Positions 44,707 to 62,461 of a DNA stretch of 64,000 bases are shown piece by piece. Numbering within the stretch: position 1 is the first letter of the stretch; each line of letters starts with the position of its first letter. A model generated the notes under the pieces. The model worked only from the letters and a program-made list of their open reading frames with translations, did not search any database and was not told the DNA's origin. Made by a program: the position numbers and the translations under genes. Source of the DNA: the human T2T-CHM13v2.0 reference genome, Homo sapiens; the NCBI RefSeq assembly GCF_009914755.1, contig NC_060930.1; one strand, 5' to 3'.

Positions 44707-46119
44707 CCAGCCTACAGTTTTCTATCTTGTCTTTAAGATATGTCATGCCAAATATTAATCACGGATTTTACAGCTTGCCCTAGATAAATTAATATGATTA
44801 TGTGAATGACCTGCCTTGAAAAGTAGGAAGTTTCTCACCGTGGAGGAGTTCAAACATAAGTTGAGTTACAAACTTGTGGAAATTTAAGCATTTGATGGAT
44901 GGATTTGGGGCCTAAATTATCCTGAAGGACCTGTCCAGTCCTGAAATTTTACAGTTCTATGTATTTTTTCATAGTGGTTCTATGCTGACTTCTGATGATC
45001 AAATTTCCCCCTTCTTGAGTTCATGAAAAATATGAAAGTTCAAGGAGTCACTGATGAAACTCCAAATAAAGCCAGAGAAGAAAGGTTTAAAAATTCTCCA
45101 ACACTTCCTACAGGTAGGAAAAAGAATGTTCAGACATGCAAGAAAATGCTACTTGGTGTATTTATTTTTTTTCAGGCACAAATGACAAATATTTTCCTTT
45201 TTATTATGATTAAAGTTTTCTCCAATGTAAAAAAAATAAATTTCCCTTTCTTAAATTCTCACAATTCACCCATTGGAGACTAGTCCCTGCAATTGCTGTC
45301 GAACTGTCCATTTTATAGTTTGTAGGCTTTTCTTTCTTCCTTTTGGTGAAAATTAGGCCAGGCTGTGCCTGTCTTCTGTATTGTCTACCTCTTCCACTTT
45401 CTGTGCTTTCTCAAAGGTCAGTGTCAGCAGTTCTGCTGCTCATTTGCAAGTTCTGCAGTTACCTCAAGATGTGATTTATCGAGGTTAGGATACTTGAACT
45501 CACTTAGAGCAGCCATGTGCTCTCTTTTGTTATCCTTCACCTCCCTCAAATGTCAATTCCCTCTTAGCAAGACTCATTCCTGGTTCTTCAATCCATATCT
45601 CTTTCTCACAACAAAAAACTGAGGCAGAAGAGGAATGAAAGGTTTTACTTGCAGCTACTGTTTGGGAACATTAGAATGTCTTTGCAGCCCCACCTCCAGC
45701 CTCCTTTGTTCTTTGGCTACCAGCTCTAATTTAGGATGCTCTTATTGTTGACCCCCATAATTTTTAGAAGCCTTGGTTCACCGTGGTCTTTCCTCTTACT
45801 GAGGTTTCTGACTCGTTAATTTCTGTCAGATGCTTTTCCTTCATTGTCTGTCCTTCTCTCCTCATTTTGTACTTGTCCTTTAAAATACAGGCTCACTGGG
45901 AGGCTTGCCCATGCAGCTCCTTTGGAACCTCCTTCCTTTCTTCCTTGTCAGGTTCACTGGAATCATTTAGTCTTAGAAAGTGTATCATGCCTGCCTTTAT
46001 TCTGACATCTCTGCTATCTTTAAAAGCATATCTGTAAAGCCTGATCTACATGTTTGGTCTACATGTCTGACTGTGTTCTTTGTTCCCCAGTCCCCCGGGA
46101 CCCTAAGGTGCTGGGGCCC

Positions 46120-46502
46120 TGTATTGCCTTGTTATGCTGCCCTAACAGCATGCCACAGACTAGGTGGCTTAACCAACAGAAATTTATTTTCTCACAGTTC
46201 TGGAGGGTAGAAGTTCTAGATCCAGGTGTCAGCAGGATTGGTTTCTTTAGAGGCCTCTCCTTGGCTAGTAGATGACCATCTTCTCCTTGTGTCTTCACAT
46301 CATCCCTCTCTGTCACTGATTGTGTTGATTTCCTCTTATGAGGACACCCGTCATATTGGATTAGAGCCTAGACTAAAGAACTCATTTTAACTAAATTACC
46401 TCCTTAAAGATGCTAGCTCCAAGTATAGTCACATTCTGAGGTACTGGGGGGCTAGGACTTCAACATATTCGTTTTGAGGAGATCACAATTTAGCCCATAA
46501 CA
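46120..46502 (-). mobile_element. MLT1 (MLT1B-like) solo LTR
   Basis: ggtggcttaaccaacagaaatttattttctcacagttctggagg...cacattctgaggtactgggggg...gcccataaca; TSD ggccc/ggccc. Confidence 0.9.
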
Positions 46503-47155
46503 GGCCCCTTACCTCTTTAGCAGCTGGTAGCAAAAGTCAGAATTAGAGTCACAGTCACATTTGTGGAGTGGTTTTTGTTGTTTGTTTAGCCTCTTTACCT
46601 TTTAGAGAAGAATTATCAGCAAGTCATTATGATTGTCTCTGCTGATGTGCTCTTGCTAGGCTCAGCCCAATGTTCCAAGACAGAATTCACTGGACCCTCC
46701 TCTGCCTACCTCTCCAAAAAGCAGCCTGAGTGCATGCCTTCCATGTCTTTGCCCAACAACTTCTATCAAAATCCTACTCATCCAAAAAGCTCAACTCAGA
46801 TACCACCTACTGTTTTCCTGGTCTGTGCTGCCATAGTACTCTGTCTATATAAGAACATTTACGTTTATTTAATGTTTCTATTATGCTAATGTTATTTAGC
46901 TAGACCTTCTTGCTCATGTAAGATAGTGAGCACCTTTAGAAACATTTTGTTATCATGTTTATCTTTAATTGCCCTAAAGCACTAAATACTTGGTTTGGAC
47001 CCAGAAACTGCTCAAGAAATACTGAATTGGTTTGAATCTTCTTATAGATTTAGAATAGCAATCAAAGCAATAAACACTTAAATTGCATTTTATAGTTACA
47101 CATATTCTTAGAAGTACTCCATGACAAATCATTGATATGGTTAATATAATCACTA

Positions 47156-47203
47156 AGTTACTTTAATAGTTACTTTTAATGGTTACTTTAATAGTTACTT
47201 AAA
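47156..47203. repeat. Four copies of a ~12-bp unit (agttactttaat)
   Basis: agttactttaat agttacttttaat ggttactttaat agttacttaaa. Confidence 0.8.
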
Positions 47204-48427
47204 GTATTTACCATAATTAAACTGCGTATCTTTTTATATATTTTTCATGGTGATCTCACACAAAGAACTATTTATTCCTAGCACTAATTTCACATTTATT
47301 TATGGTGAAGTATCCTTTTATACATGATTCTAGATCCTTATTTTAAAATGTAGTTCCTTGGTGAAGAGAGGCTACAATTTGTAAGTATTTCCATCCCTGG
47401 CACTGTGTAGTAAACAGAGGTAATTCAATGTGGGTCACAGGGTTGCTCTCACATCAGGTATGCAGGGTTGCCATCTGACCATGGCCACAAAAGTAGTTTC
47501 TTGGGAAATAGCCCATTTGAAAGAATTATTGAGTCTAGTAAATAGGCAGCTTTCCTTTTAGGGTATCTCTCAGCCTTTTTCCTCCTTTTACCTCATCCAC
47601 AGAGTGGATGTTGAACATTCATTCACTCTTCTTTCATATAAAAATATTTAATAAGCACCACTTGTAATGAATCTTATATTCAAAATAAATAGGACGTCTT
47701 AAAACAGAGTAAGGTGGCAGTAGAAGGTGTGAGGGGTGAGAAGGCAAGGCTACTGTGTTTGGTTGTGCAAGTTTACATTAAACAAGGGCATTCAGCCATA
47801 GGGGTGATGGGACTGACACCAGACTGATCAAGTCTTATCATGCCATGCATCATTGCATAAAGATGTGTTAGCCCAGAGGAAGCGGAGAAAAGGAGGGTTT
47901 TTCCTAATTAGCATAAAGACACTTCTACATTCATCAAGCTCTGCATTGAAGGACTGGATTCACCCACAGAAGGCACTTTTTTTGGTAACTTAAGTAAGGA
48001 CACCCTGTGGACTAGCAGCAGCTGTGGGAATTAAGGAGAGATAGATCTACTACACATTGCACAGTTGGGGGTCCAAATGTGTTTTAAATCTTAAACCACA
48101 TTTAAGAAGCTGTTGCAGAAACCCAGAAAGAAATCATGGTGCCTAGAACAAGGTAATGGCCGTGGAGATAGAATTGATGGATCTGCTGATGGGTTGGATA
48201 CAAGAGGTGTGGGAAAGAGAGAGGACCCTAGAACTCTGGCATGAGCGTTTGATAACCATTTTTATAATTTACTAATATGCGGAAGACTCAGGATGAGGGC
48301 CAGAATGGTGAGGGAGAACTTGAAGAGTTTTGTTTTGAGGAGTCTCACTATAGATACTAACTGGGGATTTTATATTTTATACATACTTGGAGCCCCATAG
48401 AGCAGCCATGAGAAGGTTCATCCTTAC

Positions 48428-48440
48428 GTATGCCCAAAAC
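48428..48440 (-). other. Candidate 13-nt micro-exon
   Basis: gttcttttgtttcttttag|GTTTTGGGCATAC|gtaagg. Confidence 0.45.
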
Positions 48441-49329
48441 CTAAAAGAAACAAAAGAACTGGGGCTGGGAGTTCCAACAAGTCATTCAGCATCTATGAGC
48501 CTTTTGCTAAAGGAATTAGATACTCATTACTTCCAAAGTCTTTTCCTACCATAACATAATACTATTAATTTCTATTTCCTTTTGCTCATTTTTTATGATA
48601 CACTCTCAGGAGGAGAGGGTGGCATTAACAACTAATGGTAAACTAATGAATGCAGATTCTCCAAGCTAAAAAACAAAATCAACAACACACACAAAGAGGC
48701 CTCAAACTGCTACCTAACCTATTTTTTGCAATAGTACTGGCTCAAAGACAGACCCTTGGAAGAGTTGTGGATCTATTTTCATGCCTTTATTGTCAGCAAA
48801 TGTCATCTCTTTCACCATGACTTTGGATCTTGGGGACATTTGTGGATGACAGGGCTTCATGTTAATAGCAGTCCCCAGATAATCATCAGCCTCCAATTTG
48901 ACTTTGCAAAACTGGAATGAAAGTCTTTCTTCCATAAGCCAATTTCATGAAACAAAACACAATGCCTTAATTCTTGACTCAAAGCCGAAAAGCTATAATG
49001 GTCCCATAAATGATTAAAACAGCAGCTGGTAATGTCTTGGAAACAGATTGATCAGTTGGAATGCCTTAAAATCTGTCTAGATTCTGCATGCCTTTGAGCA
49101 ATATAAACTAATTCTGAGACTGAGTAAGAATGGGTGTTTAGAACTCAAAGATGTCAAGATAATTATAAAAATTCTGGCAGGGACTGAAGAATCTCTCTAG
49201 GGCAACTGCTAGCATATTTTAACACCTCAAGGTGGGTTATAAATTTTGGAAGAGCTTTGGCATATGGAAGCTCATGGATGACTCTTGTTTAACTGGCCAG
49301 GATGCTCTAAGTCAAATTTCCTAGTATTG

Positions 49330-50320
49330 TCATTTAGTCCTAGAAATGGGTTTTGAATGCCTACCATGTAACTGTCATGAGGATGTAGTGGTGAATAAGA
49401 CAGAGTTCCCACCCTCACTGAGCATATGTCGTGGTGGGAGGAAACAGACAATAGCCTAATAAATAAAGAACATATAGAAATTCTCAAAGCAATAAAGCTG
49501 AAATGGTGAGATACTACTTTAAATTGAAATATTAAGAAAGGCCTCTCCAAATAGGTGACATTTAAGCCTCAACTTCAATGATGAGAAGGATGGAACCAAC
49601 AATATAAATACTTGAGTGAAAATTCTGTCTATGTAAAGGCTCTGAGGGGAGCATGGGCTTGCCATAGTTGAAGAACAGTGAGAAGGAGATGAGGCTGAAG
49701 CCTGGTGAGGGAGGAGAGGAGTGGCAGGAAATATGATGAGAAGGGTTGGCAGAATCCAGACTAAGTGTTGCTTTCTAGAGCATAAGGATTGAGTTTAACT
49801 CTGTGAGAAATCAGTGGAGGTTTCAAACCAAGTTTTACATAAAAATAAGATCTATCAAATTAATACTTTAAGAAATACTCTAACTGCTATGTGGAGAATG
49901 GACAATGGGGGGGCATAAGTGGAAGGAGGAAGACTCACCACGATGTTATTGAAGTTCTCCAGACACAAGAAGATGGTGGGCTTGGACCAGAGAGGGAATG
50001 GGAGTGCTGGTCAGATGTGGCTAGAAGTGGAATAGAGTTTGAAGGAGGAGCTGATGGGACTTGTCAGTAGATTGGATTTTGGGCATGAGAAAAAGAGAGA
50101 GAAATAAAAGATGTCCGGATGACACATAAGTTCTTGCTTTTTAAGCAGTTGGGTGAATTGATCTTAACTGAATGAATGAAATGGGTCTTAGATGAAGAAC
50201 ATGTTTGGATGTGTTGAAACAGGCATTCCAAACTTATATTTGGACTTAGTAATATGAGATTCCTGTTAGATATCTCAGTGGCAATGCCTAATGGGTTGTC
50301 AGAGCTTACTGGATGAGTTA
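49330..50320 (-). mobile_element. L2 relic interrupted by THE1
   Basis: ttttgaatgcctaccatgt...gaataagacagagttcccaccctcactgagc...ggcctctccaaataggtgacatttaagc. Confidence 0.75.
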
Positions 50321-50325
50321 CCAAA

Positions 50326-52803
<2,478 letters not shown>

Positions 52804-52804
52804 C

Positions 52805-54320
<1,516 letters not shown>

Positions 54321-55781
54321 AGAACATTAGTCTTAGTTTGTGCTCTTTGTTCCAAACAGGTGCCAGCATTGAATATCTCAGTAAAAAGACCGTGGCACTC
54401 CAACAAGGACATGGAGGAGGCGTGTAACCTCAGGCACATCATTCCATTTTCAGATTCTCATGTTCTTTATCTGTACAGTCCAGATGATATTTCCTACCAG
54501 GCAGGTGATTGTCCATCTCAAATTAGACAACATGCTTGACAGGATTTTTTTTTCCTTTTTCTTTAAGAAACTTGCCTTCAGTCCTCTTTCAGTCTGTCAT
54601 TAGACAAACAGCTGTAGGAATCAGTTAATTTCTATAGGCCCGTGTACTGAAGAAATTAGGTACTCATTACCTAATGTGCCTTTGTGGCCTAAAGTGAGCA
54701 CTGAAATTTTGATATCTGCAGTATCAAAAGGAAAGGAACATCATGGAGGTTCCTTGACCAAATCAGACATACACAATAGGGCACTCAGGGGCTCAAACAG
54801 AAGTGGAGCCTGAAATTATTGGTGATGGAGAGCTGAAATAGTGTGCAAATGGAAGTGGAGTCAGAAAGAAGCAACTAGGGAAGAAAGGAGAATGTGGAAG
54901 CAGAAAAGAAAGGCCAGGAGTGGTGGAAGGTAGTTGTGGACTGGATGAATGTCACATACACAGTTCAGTGTTTCTGTTTAAGGTTCTTTGACTTGTCTTC
55001 ATTATTACCAACTGAGTGCCAAGCCATAGACTTGGATCTCTGATTTACTAAGTCTACTTTGACAGAAGTAAGCTAAGAATGTGAGCCATGTGAGAGGCAT
55101 AATATGGTGACTCTATACTCTCTCCAAAATGGGGAAAAGAAAATTGAATCAATGAAAGATTGGAATACTCCTGCTAAACCTTGTTTCTCCAAACTTTTTG
55201 GATCCCAATCTCAACCCTTTCCTTCAATCAAAAGAATTGCTAATTCAGGGCTGAATTTGCAGTTAGCTAATATTAAATAAATACAAATAAGGAAATACTA
55301 ATACATTTGAGGAATATGGACACAGATATATTTAGGTAAGCCTTGGTACAACTTGGCCTGTGAAATTTTTACCTGATAGCTGAATTCCCATTTCCTTTAG
55401 TTAACGCATAGCAGAATCCAGTGAATGTGAGTTAAAAAGAGTAAAGCCACTTGTGAAACAAATTTTCGTAGACATACTGACCCTTTTAGCCATCTCAAAT
55501 CTTTGTTGGGAACAGAAAGGCGATGAATAAATAATCATAGTTCTCTTGGCTGAGTTTCTAGCGATTGGGTATTCAGTTTTGGCTGACTACACACTGAGCA
55601 GTTCCTGGTCATCCAAGCATTGTTGTAAAATCCCCTTCAAATGCACAATAGATGGGCCTTCATTATTTTTCAAAAGCCCAAGGATTGACTGCCAGAGATC
55701 ACACTTCATCTCTTGTTCTCTTCATGCTAGGGCTTTCCTGTTGAGAAACTTTCAGTTAGCCAAGGGAGATACACCACTCAC

Positions 55782-55838
55782 CTTCCTTTTGGACCATTTA
55801 TTCATTCAATGTGTAACTGTCAACATGAGACAATATTA
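55782..55838 (-). other. Candidate upstream exon, 57 nt
   Basis: gattctgtgtttttcag|...GAAG|gtgagt, both sites near consensus. Confidence 0.45.
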
Positions 55839-55869
55839 CTGAAAAACACAGAATCATGATGGGAAACAT

Positions 55870-56407
55870 ATTCTACTATTTGTGGTTTCACTCCTACCCC
55901 AAAGCTGCTCTTTTTCCACTATGCCCCTATTCCCTGCCTTAGCTCAAGCAAAAGACTCACTCTCCTTTTTATTCCAAACAGAATTGATCATGGAATCCTA
56001 TCAGTTCCATCTCTTTAGTATTTGCAGGATCTATTCCCTCTTCTTCATCTTCTTTACCTCCATTCAGGATCTCAGAAGTCTTTCACTCTTGGTTCTTAAC
56101 TGGCCTCTCTTCTTCCTCTTTTATTTTCCTTTGCTGTTTTCCCTTTTCAGCTCAAGTGATCTTTCTAAAACTCAAAGCTATCATTCCCCTCTTCAGAATT
56201 CACACAACTGCTTCCAGTTGCCCCAGGATAAGGCCACATTCTGAAAACGACCTACAAAGTTCCCCCTCATTGGACTCCCACCTCACTTTCCACCTGCCTT
56301 TCTGGCCGCATACCTTTCTACATTCCTTTTGTGCTATATGCAGACCACATTATACTCCCTTCAGTATAGCTTAATAAATGTTGAGTGAATGAATGAATGA
56401 ATGAATG
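55870..56407 (+). mobile_element. L2 3' relic ending in (GAAT)n
   Basis: gtgatctttctaaaactcaaagctatcattcccctcttcagaa...aataaatgttgagtgaatgaatgaatgaatgaatg. Confidence 0.65.
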
Positions 56408-58296
56408 TCTGCTTCCAAAGGGAGAAGGGGGCTCCAGGCAGGAGAGTTTGCCCCTTCCTTTTAAAACAATTCAGCCCCATTTCCAGTTTTCCTGAGCCAG
56501 AGCATTAAAGGCCTTTTTCCTCCTTATTTTGAAGGAAGTTTCCAATCAGTTGTGACTTGGGGGTGTGCATTTATCTCTGTCTCTTTTACTGTTGGACCCA
56601 GAGGGTGATGGAAACCATTTTGGTCTAAATGTCAGCTGTCATGAATGGGAAATCTGAGGGCACAGCTAGAGCTGACTCTGGTGGAGTGATATTTTTCTAT
56701 GAAGATTGCTTTATGCAGGAAATTGTATTCAAATCACAAATCTCATTTAGAGAATTATTTTGCTGCCATCACCAGCCGCAACAGCTGATAATGCCACAGT
56801 GGTCATTCTTTGTCCCAGTTAAACAAAGTACTATCCTAGTCCGTTAAAAATAGCACTGAGCTTAAAACCATTCAAGACAATTACCAGCTGCCTAGTAATT
56901 ATTCTAGAGTGAATTTTTCATTCTTACTAAGTGAGTAGGTGTGGTTTAGTATTCCTTAGTTTTCTCACATCTAATTATAAATAGATTTATTTCTTAAGCA
57001 GTATGTCTTTTTTCTAAAAATAAGTCGATGGCTGTATATCTCCTCTGCTCTGAGCTCTGATGCAACATGAATAGAAAATTCACAACAATACTATTACTCT
57101 TAAATAACAGCAGAGTACTTTGATTCATTCAATAAATATTTATTATCTATTACTTGCAAGCACAGTTCTAGGTGAAGATACAATGAACAAATCAGTTAAC
57201 AGAACTTATTTCATTACTTCACAATTGTATAGGTGTTTGCAAAACACTTTTGTATACATGCCTACTTTTGATTTTCACAATAACCTCATGAGGTAGAGTG
57301 GGCAAGAATTATTACCATCCTCCTACAATTAAGACAACCTGGGTACAGAATGTCCTGAAGACTTAAATCAGAATACGTAACCCATAAATGGTAGCTCTAG
57401 CATCAGAATCAGTGTCTCCTGATGCTAGTGCCAGTGCTGTCTTCACTATCCCATTCTTCCAGTGGCAATAATTCCTTGAGCCAGAAATTATTTTGAGACA
57501 CGTGGTACTTAGAAATAAGCCTGTTTCTAAGTCTCATGCATTGTGTACTGGGAGTGCAGATAGTTAAAAACACCCCACCATGAGGATACCCACTGTTGTT
57601 CAATCAGTTTCCCTTTCTTTGTACCTCTGAAGACTTTTTGCATCTTCCTTGGCTCCTGTCTTATGTCTTTTTTTATAATTCCCTCTTTGTGTGCAGCTTA
57701 CACCTTGCATGGCTTTCCAGGGAAGTTGCTGTTGCCTGTATTCTCTCCAATGTATGTCTTATTTGATAACTAAGCTAATGTATTTAATTATGTGCCTTTG
57801 GGTAAGATGACTAGATGTGGACTTTATGTATAATGTTTGGACAAAGGGTACTATTGATGTGAAAGAAATAAGATAAGACTTTTAACGTATTTATTTTTAT
57901 ATATATCTTATTTTATTAGTAACACACATGAAGAGGAGAAGCAGAGGGGAGTTCCTTGTCCCCATTCAGGTGTCTCTTCCTGGTTCCCTTCATTTTCTCA
58001 CCACTGTGTTTGGCCTATTTTATAAGGTACATCCTCTAGGTGTACCTTATATATAATGATGAATGTTAGTGTTGGATGGGCCGTAGATCCAAGGGAGAAA
58101 GTTGCATTAGGAAATGTGTTTACATGAAGGGGAATTCAGAAGAGATCTTGCTCATGGGATAGATCCACATTCCCTAGGGGCTGGAAAGAATTGTGACATT
58201 TGAGCAGGAAGGTGGTGAATGTGGCAGTGCCATGATGTCAGGCCAAGATTTTCTGATTTGAGGGCAACCTCACTTGCTGTGAAAAATCATCTAGAG

Positions 58297-58432
58297 TAGT
58301 GGTTCTCAAACTTAAGCAACAGAATCACCTATATGGAAGGCCTGTGAAAACAGATTGCTAGACACCACTGCCAAAGTTCCTGATCCAGTAAGTCGATGCT
58401 GCTAGTTGGGAAACCTTATTTTGAAAACTACT
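58297..58432. mobile_element. MER5A-type fragment
   Basis: tagtggttctcaaactt...cagaatcacct...gtgaaaacagattgct...ttttgaaaactact. Confidence 0.7.
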
Positions 58433-58499
58433 ACAAAGCAAGGTCTTGCTACAGCTGTCAGCTATGGAAGGTATATAACCAGGAGATGGTTTGCATTAA

Positions 58500-58610
58500 G
58501 TTCTCTTTCTCTCTTTCTTTCTCTCTCTCCCCACTCCTTCTCCTCCTCCCCTCCTCCCCTCCTCCTCTCTCTTCCTTCTCCTCCCTCTCTCCTCCCTCCT
58601 GTTCCCCCCA
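58500..58610. repeat. CT-rich low-complexity tract
   Basis: ttctctttctctctttc...ctcctccccctcctcccctcctcctctct. Confidence 0.85.
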
Positions 58611-59059
58611 AGAATTCCTATACTCAGTGGTTACCACTGACTCTCAGAGCCTGAAATGCTCATTCATGCAGTCTCTCATCTAAATAGAGTCAGAGCAACA
58701 AGGGGGCTGAAGGGAGTAACCCCAAGGTTAAAAATAGCCCGGTGGCCAAGAGAATATTCCAGGTAAGACATGAATTGAGACTGTCAGTGCCATCTGCCTC
58801 CACAGATTTCCACCTTGTGCATCCTGCATTGGGAGAAAATGCTCTGTGAGTGGCTGTGGTTCGCTGTAACACATGGGCAGATTGGATAGGTGTTCACCCT
58901 TGTTTCTCTTGTACTCTAAAAACAGTGGTGGAAACAACCTTTGAGTAAATATCAAAAAGCTGTGATTTGATATTAAAGAAGAGATAAAATACATTGGTAT
59001 TCCTGGTTTCTTGGTTATTTTTTAATAAAAAAGCAACGCATTAGTTTGTGTATAATAAA

Positions 59060-59295
59060 TAACATTTATGAACCCTTGAGAGCATTTTGCATATATAATG
59101 CATTTATCCTCACAGCAACCCAATAAGGTTGGTATTATTATTATACTCTCTTTATAAGTGAAGAAACTGAAGCATAGAGAGTTTGAATAACTTGCTCTAG
59201 GTCACATGAGCTATAAGTGACAGGAGCTGGATTTAGACCAAGGCAGTCTGGTGCCAAAGCCTAGGCATGCTTTTAACCACCATGCCATACTGCCT
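59060..59295 (-). mobile_element. MIR SINE
   Basis: atcctcacagcaaccc...gaagaaactgaagcatagagagtttgaataacttgctctaggtcaca. Confidence 0.85.
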
Positions 59296-59369
59296 TGTTT
59301 TTATCCCTTTATCAGGCATTCTTCATACACCTCAATAAAATGGTCCCTGAGTTTTGAACCAAATAGACC

Positions 59370-60095
59370 ACTGAGAAAACTACCCATAGTTAGCCAAACT
59401 TGAGGTTAAAGGCCCAGTCTCCAAGACTGTCCTCACTTCAGACACCAGCCTCAAGTTGAGAGGTCTCCAAGGCTACCCTAACTTCAGACCAGCTGGCTAC
59501 CAATTTAGGGGCTCTATGGACTCCCTTAGCTTCAGTAATTCACTGGAACCACTCACAGAACTCAGGAAAGTGCTATTCTTGATTACAGTTTTATTATAGC
59601 AAAAGTATCAACATTAGAACCAGCCAAAGGAAGTGGCACATTGGCAAAGTCTAGGGGGGTTTCAAATGTGAAGCTTCTGTCATCCTCATTCGTACATTAC
59701 CCTCCTGGTATCAAAGTGTGACAGTGTTCTGTGAGTATCATCAACCAGGGCAGCTCACGTGAGCCTCAGTGTCCAGAGTTTTTATTAATGTTGCTTAATG
59801 TAGGCGTGCTGGATTGAATCATTGGCAATGAACTCACTCTCCAGCCCCACTCTATTCCCTGATGGCAGGGCCTATATCATGTGGTACAAAGCTACAACCA
59901 TCAAGTCACATGGTTGGTCTTTCTGTTGTGGCCTGCCCCCATCTTGAGTCACCTCATTAGCATAAATTATTAGTTGTGGTCCAGGGCCCCACCATGAATA
60001 ACAAGGCACTCCAGTCACTTGGGAAATTCCAAGGGTTTAAAGGTTACCTCCCAGGAACTTGGGACAAACGTCCACTAAATTCTTTGTTATGCTAA
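59370..60095. mobile_element. MER21-like LTR
   Basis: aagactgtcctcacttcagacaccagc...ctcacagaactcaggaaag...gggaaattccaagggttt...ccaggaacttgggacaaa. Confidence 0.7.
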
Positions 60096-61261
60096 AGCAC
60101 AGAGCAGGAAGGTAGTGAAACAGAGTTGCCTGTTCAGATAGGAATTTTATGACATCTTTTAGGTCAGCAGCTCTATTTCTGTGCCAGGAAATTGTCTCAC
60201 TGTCACAGAAAGGGGAAGAATTTTCTCCTGGCATTTCTGCAAATAATCAAGCACTATGTCAGAAAAGGTAACACTGGGGAAGAGAGTGTCTAAATTAGGA
60301 GGAAGCTAGAGAGCTCTGCATGGTGGAGGCTGCTGGTGAAAACCGCCCTAAAGTAATTTACAAGGAGTTCACAGGCAGACAAACCAAATACAATGTGGTC
60401 CTTGCCACAGGGAGGGAGTGAGGATCTGCTGTGTGAATTGAAGGCCACAGAACTCTGCCTTGTGAAGCTTTTATACACCCAACATGTAAATTACAGTGCT
60501 TGTGAATTGGGGTTGGTTCACATGTAAATGAGAAAATGCTTGAGTTAAGCAAGTCTGCCTCTGAAAAGAATGGATATCTAAGAACTGAAGACTGTACTTG
60601 CAAATAATAGGGATGGAGACAGAGCTGTTCTAATTCCAAGGGACTTCTAAAATGAAAAATAATGAGAAGTGGGATGGGAGAAGGGGAGGGTAAAACATCA
60701 GAAGAAGCAATCTTCCATGAAAATCTGCCTGTGTGCCATTAATGCTTGTCTTTCCAAATAAGAGCAAGCAAATGAGAAAAGAGCAAGGAGGTATAAATAA
60801 AGGGGTGGGCTCGAAGGGAAGCATGCTATGCATGGATGGAGCTTTTTATTTTAAAGGACTTGCTGTTATTAAAATATGTGCATTACATACTGTGTTTATA
60901 ATTTACTCAAAACATGGGATTTCCTATTACACTCAAGCTCCCTTTTCTCTGAAATTGAAACCTCTCAAATCATATGAGTTTAATCAGGATTTCCAGTACA
61001 AAGGAAGAAGTGAAAGAATGCTTAATTTGGCCCAGGCATACGTCTGAGTACCCTGGATGTTTGCAAGATTGACTGGTTTTGCCTTCTCAGTGGCAAGCTT
61101 CCTTTACTCACTAACCACAGGGCTGGGAGAGCTGGAGTTTTATGATGGCCATGGCAGCTTTGAACTGCTGAGCCCCTTTCATCGGGTCTAATGCTGCTGA
61201 TGTAAGCAACATAAACTGGCACACAATAACAATGTACAGGAAGGACTTTTTCCTTTTCCAT

Positions 61262-61551
61262 TTAGTTATTTATAGACAGGGTCTCACTCTGTTACCCAGC
61301 CTGAAGTGCAGTGGTGCAATCATGTCTCACTGCTGCCTTGACCTCATGGGATCAAGCAATCTTCCCACCTCAGCCTCCCGAGTAGCTGGGACTACAAGCA
61401 TGCACCGCCACACCCAGCTAAGTTTTAAATTTTTTTTAGAGACAGGTTCTTGCTGTGTTGCCCAACCTAATCTTGAACTTCTGGGCTCAAGTGATCCTTC
61501 CACCTTGGACTCCTTGGCTGGGATTATAGGCATAAGCCACTGTGACTGGCC
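61262..61551 (-). mobile_element. AluJ
   Basis: agacagggtctcactctgttacccag...ttgaacttctgggctcaagtgatcct. Confidence 0.9.
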
Positions 61552-61944
61552 CCATTTTTTTAAAGAAAAAACTGGATGCATATCTAGCTACAGCAACTAG
61601 CTGTGATTTTAATGTGACAGCCCTGGATGACAAGGGATTAAAAATGTCTGTGGATGCTAAGTGACAGTTTCACGTTGTGGCACAGCAGCTTTTGCTCTGA
61701 AATCAGCCTCAGATGGAGAGAAAGCAGCCACTGCTGTGCACCTCAGAAGCTCATCCGTGGGCTTTGAGGCTAAATTCCTCCTCTCCTCCCTGAGTTCTCC
61801 CATTTGTAGGTCTGTTTCCATCAGCTAGAGGCAAAACCAATGCTTTGCAGGAAGGAGGCTGTCTCCTTGAGAGGCAAGGGTCTCAATCCTGAAGGAAAGC
61901 TGTAAAGGAAGTGCCTATTTCAGACAGCCTGCTATGATATCATG

Positions 61945-62190
61945 AAGCTAGTGGAGTGGAAAGAACTGGGACCTTTGCATCTGCACAGATCTAGATTTGC
62001 ACCCGTGTTTTGTGCTTAATAGTCTGGAGTAAGTATTGCATATCTCTGAGCCTCCCTTTACCCATCTGTAAAATTAGGGTAACCACCAGGTCTACCTTCC
62101 AAAGTTGTTTTGGGATCAAATAAGTCAACATTTCTATAGTTCCTGAAACACAGCAGGTGCCCCCTCCCAAGAATATGTTCAATATCAAGA
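61945..62190 (+). mobile_element. MIR SINE
   Basis: ctctgagcctccctttacccatctgtaaaattaggg...gttgttttgggatcaaataag. Confidence 0.65.
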
Positions 62191-62324
62191 ACATATATTT
62201 CTAATGCAAAATTGAAGCAAGCAGTTGATTATCATCAACCTTAAAAGTTGATGGCTAATTTGTCTTATGAGCTGTCAACTTAGTGACCTCCTGCTTCGAG
62301 GATCCTATGATCCAACTGAGAACA

Positions 62325-62461
62325 TTTATTTATTTTTTTTAAATTTTATTATTATTATACTTCAAGTTTTAGGGTACATGTGCACAACGTGCAGGTTTGT
62401 TACATACGTATACATGTGCCATGTTGATGTGCTGCACCCATTAACTCGTCACTTAGCATTA
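62325..62461 (-). mobile_element. Very short L1PA 3' end fragment
   Basis: ttattattatacttcaagttttagggtacatgtgcacaacgtgcaggtttgttacata...gctgcacccattaactcgtcacttagcatta. Confidence 0.92.

Noticed and set aside
45023-45283. 86-aa ORF MKNMKVQGVTDETPNK with a donor at 45113
   Set aside because: The best acceptor (44974) brings in-frame stops before the ATG and no homology was recognised; at most a non-coding exon
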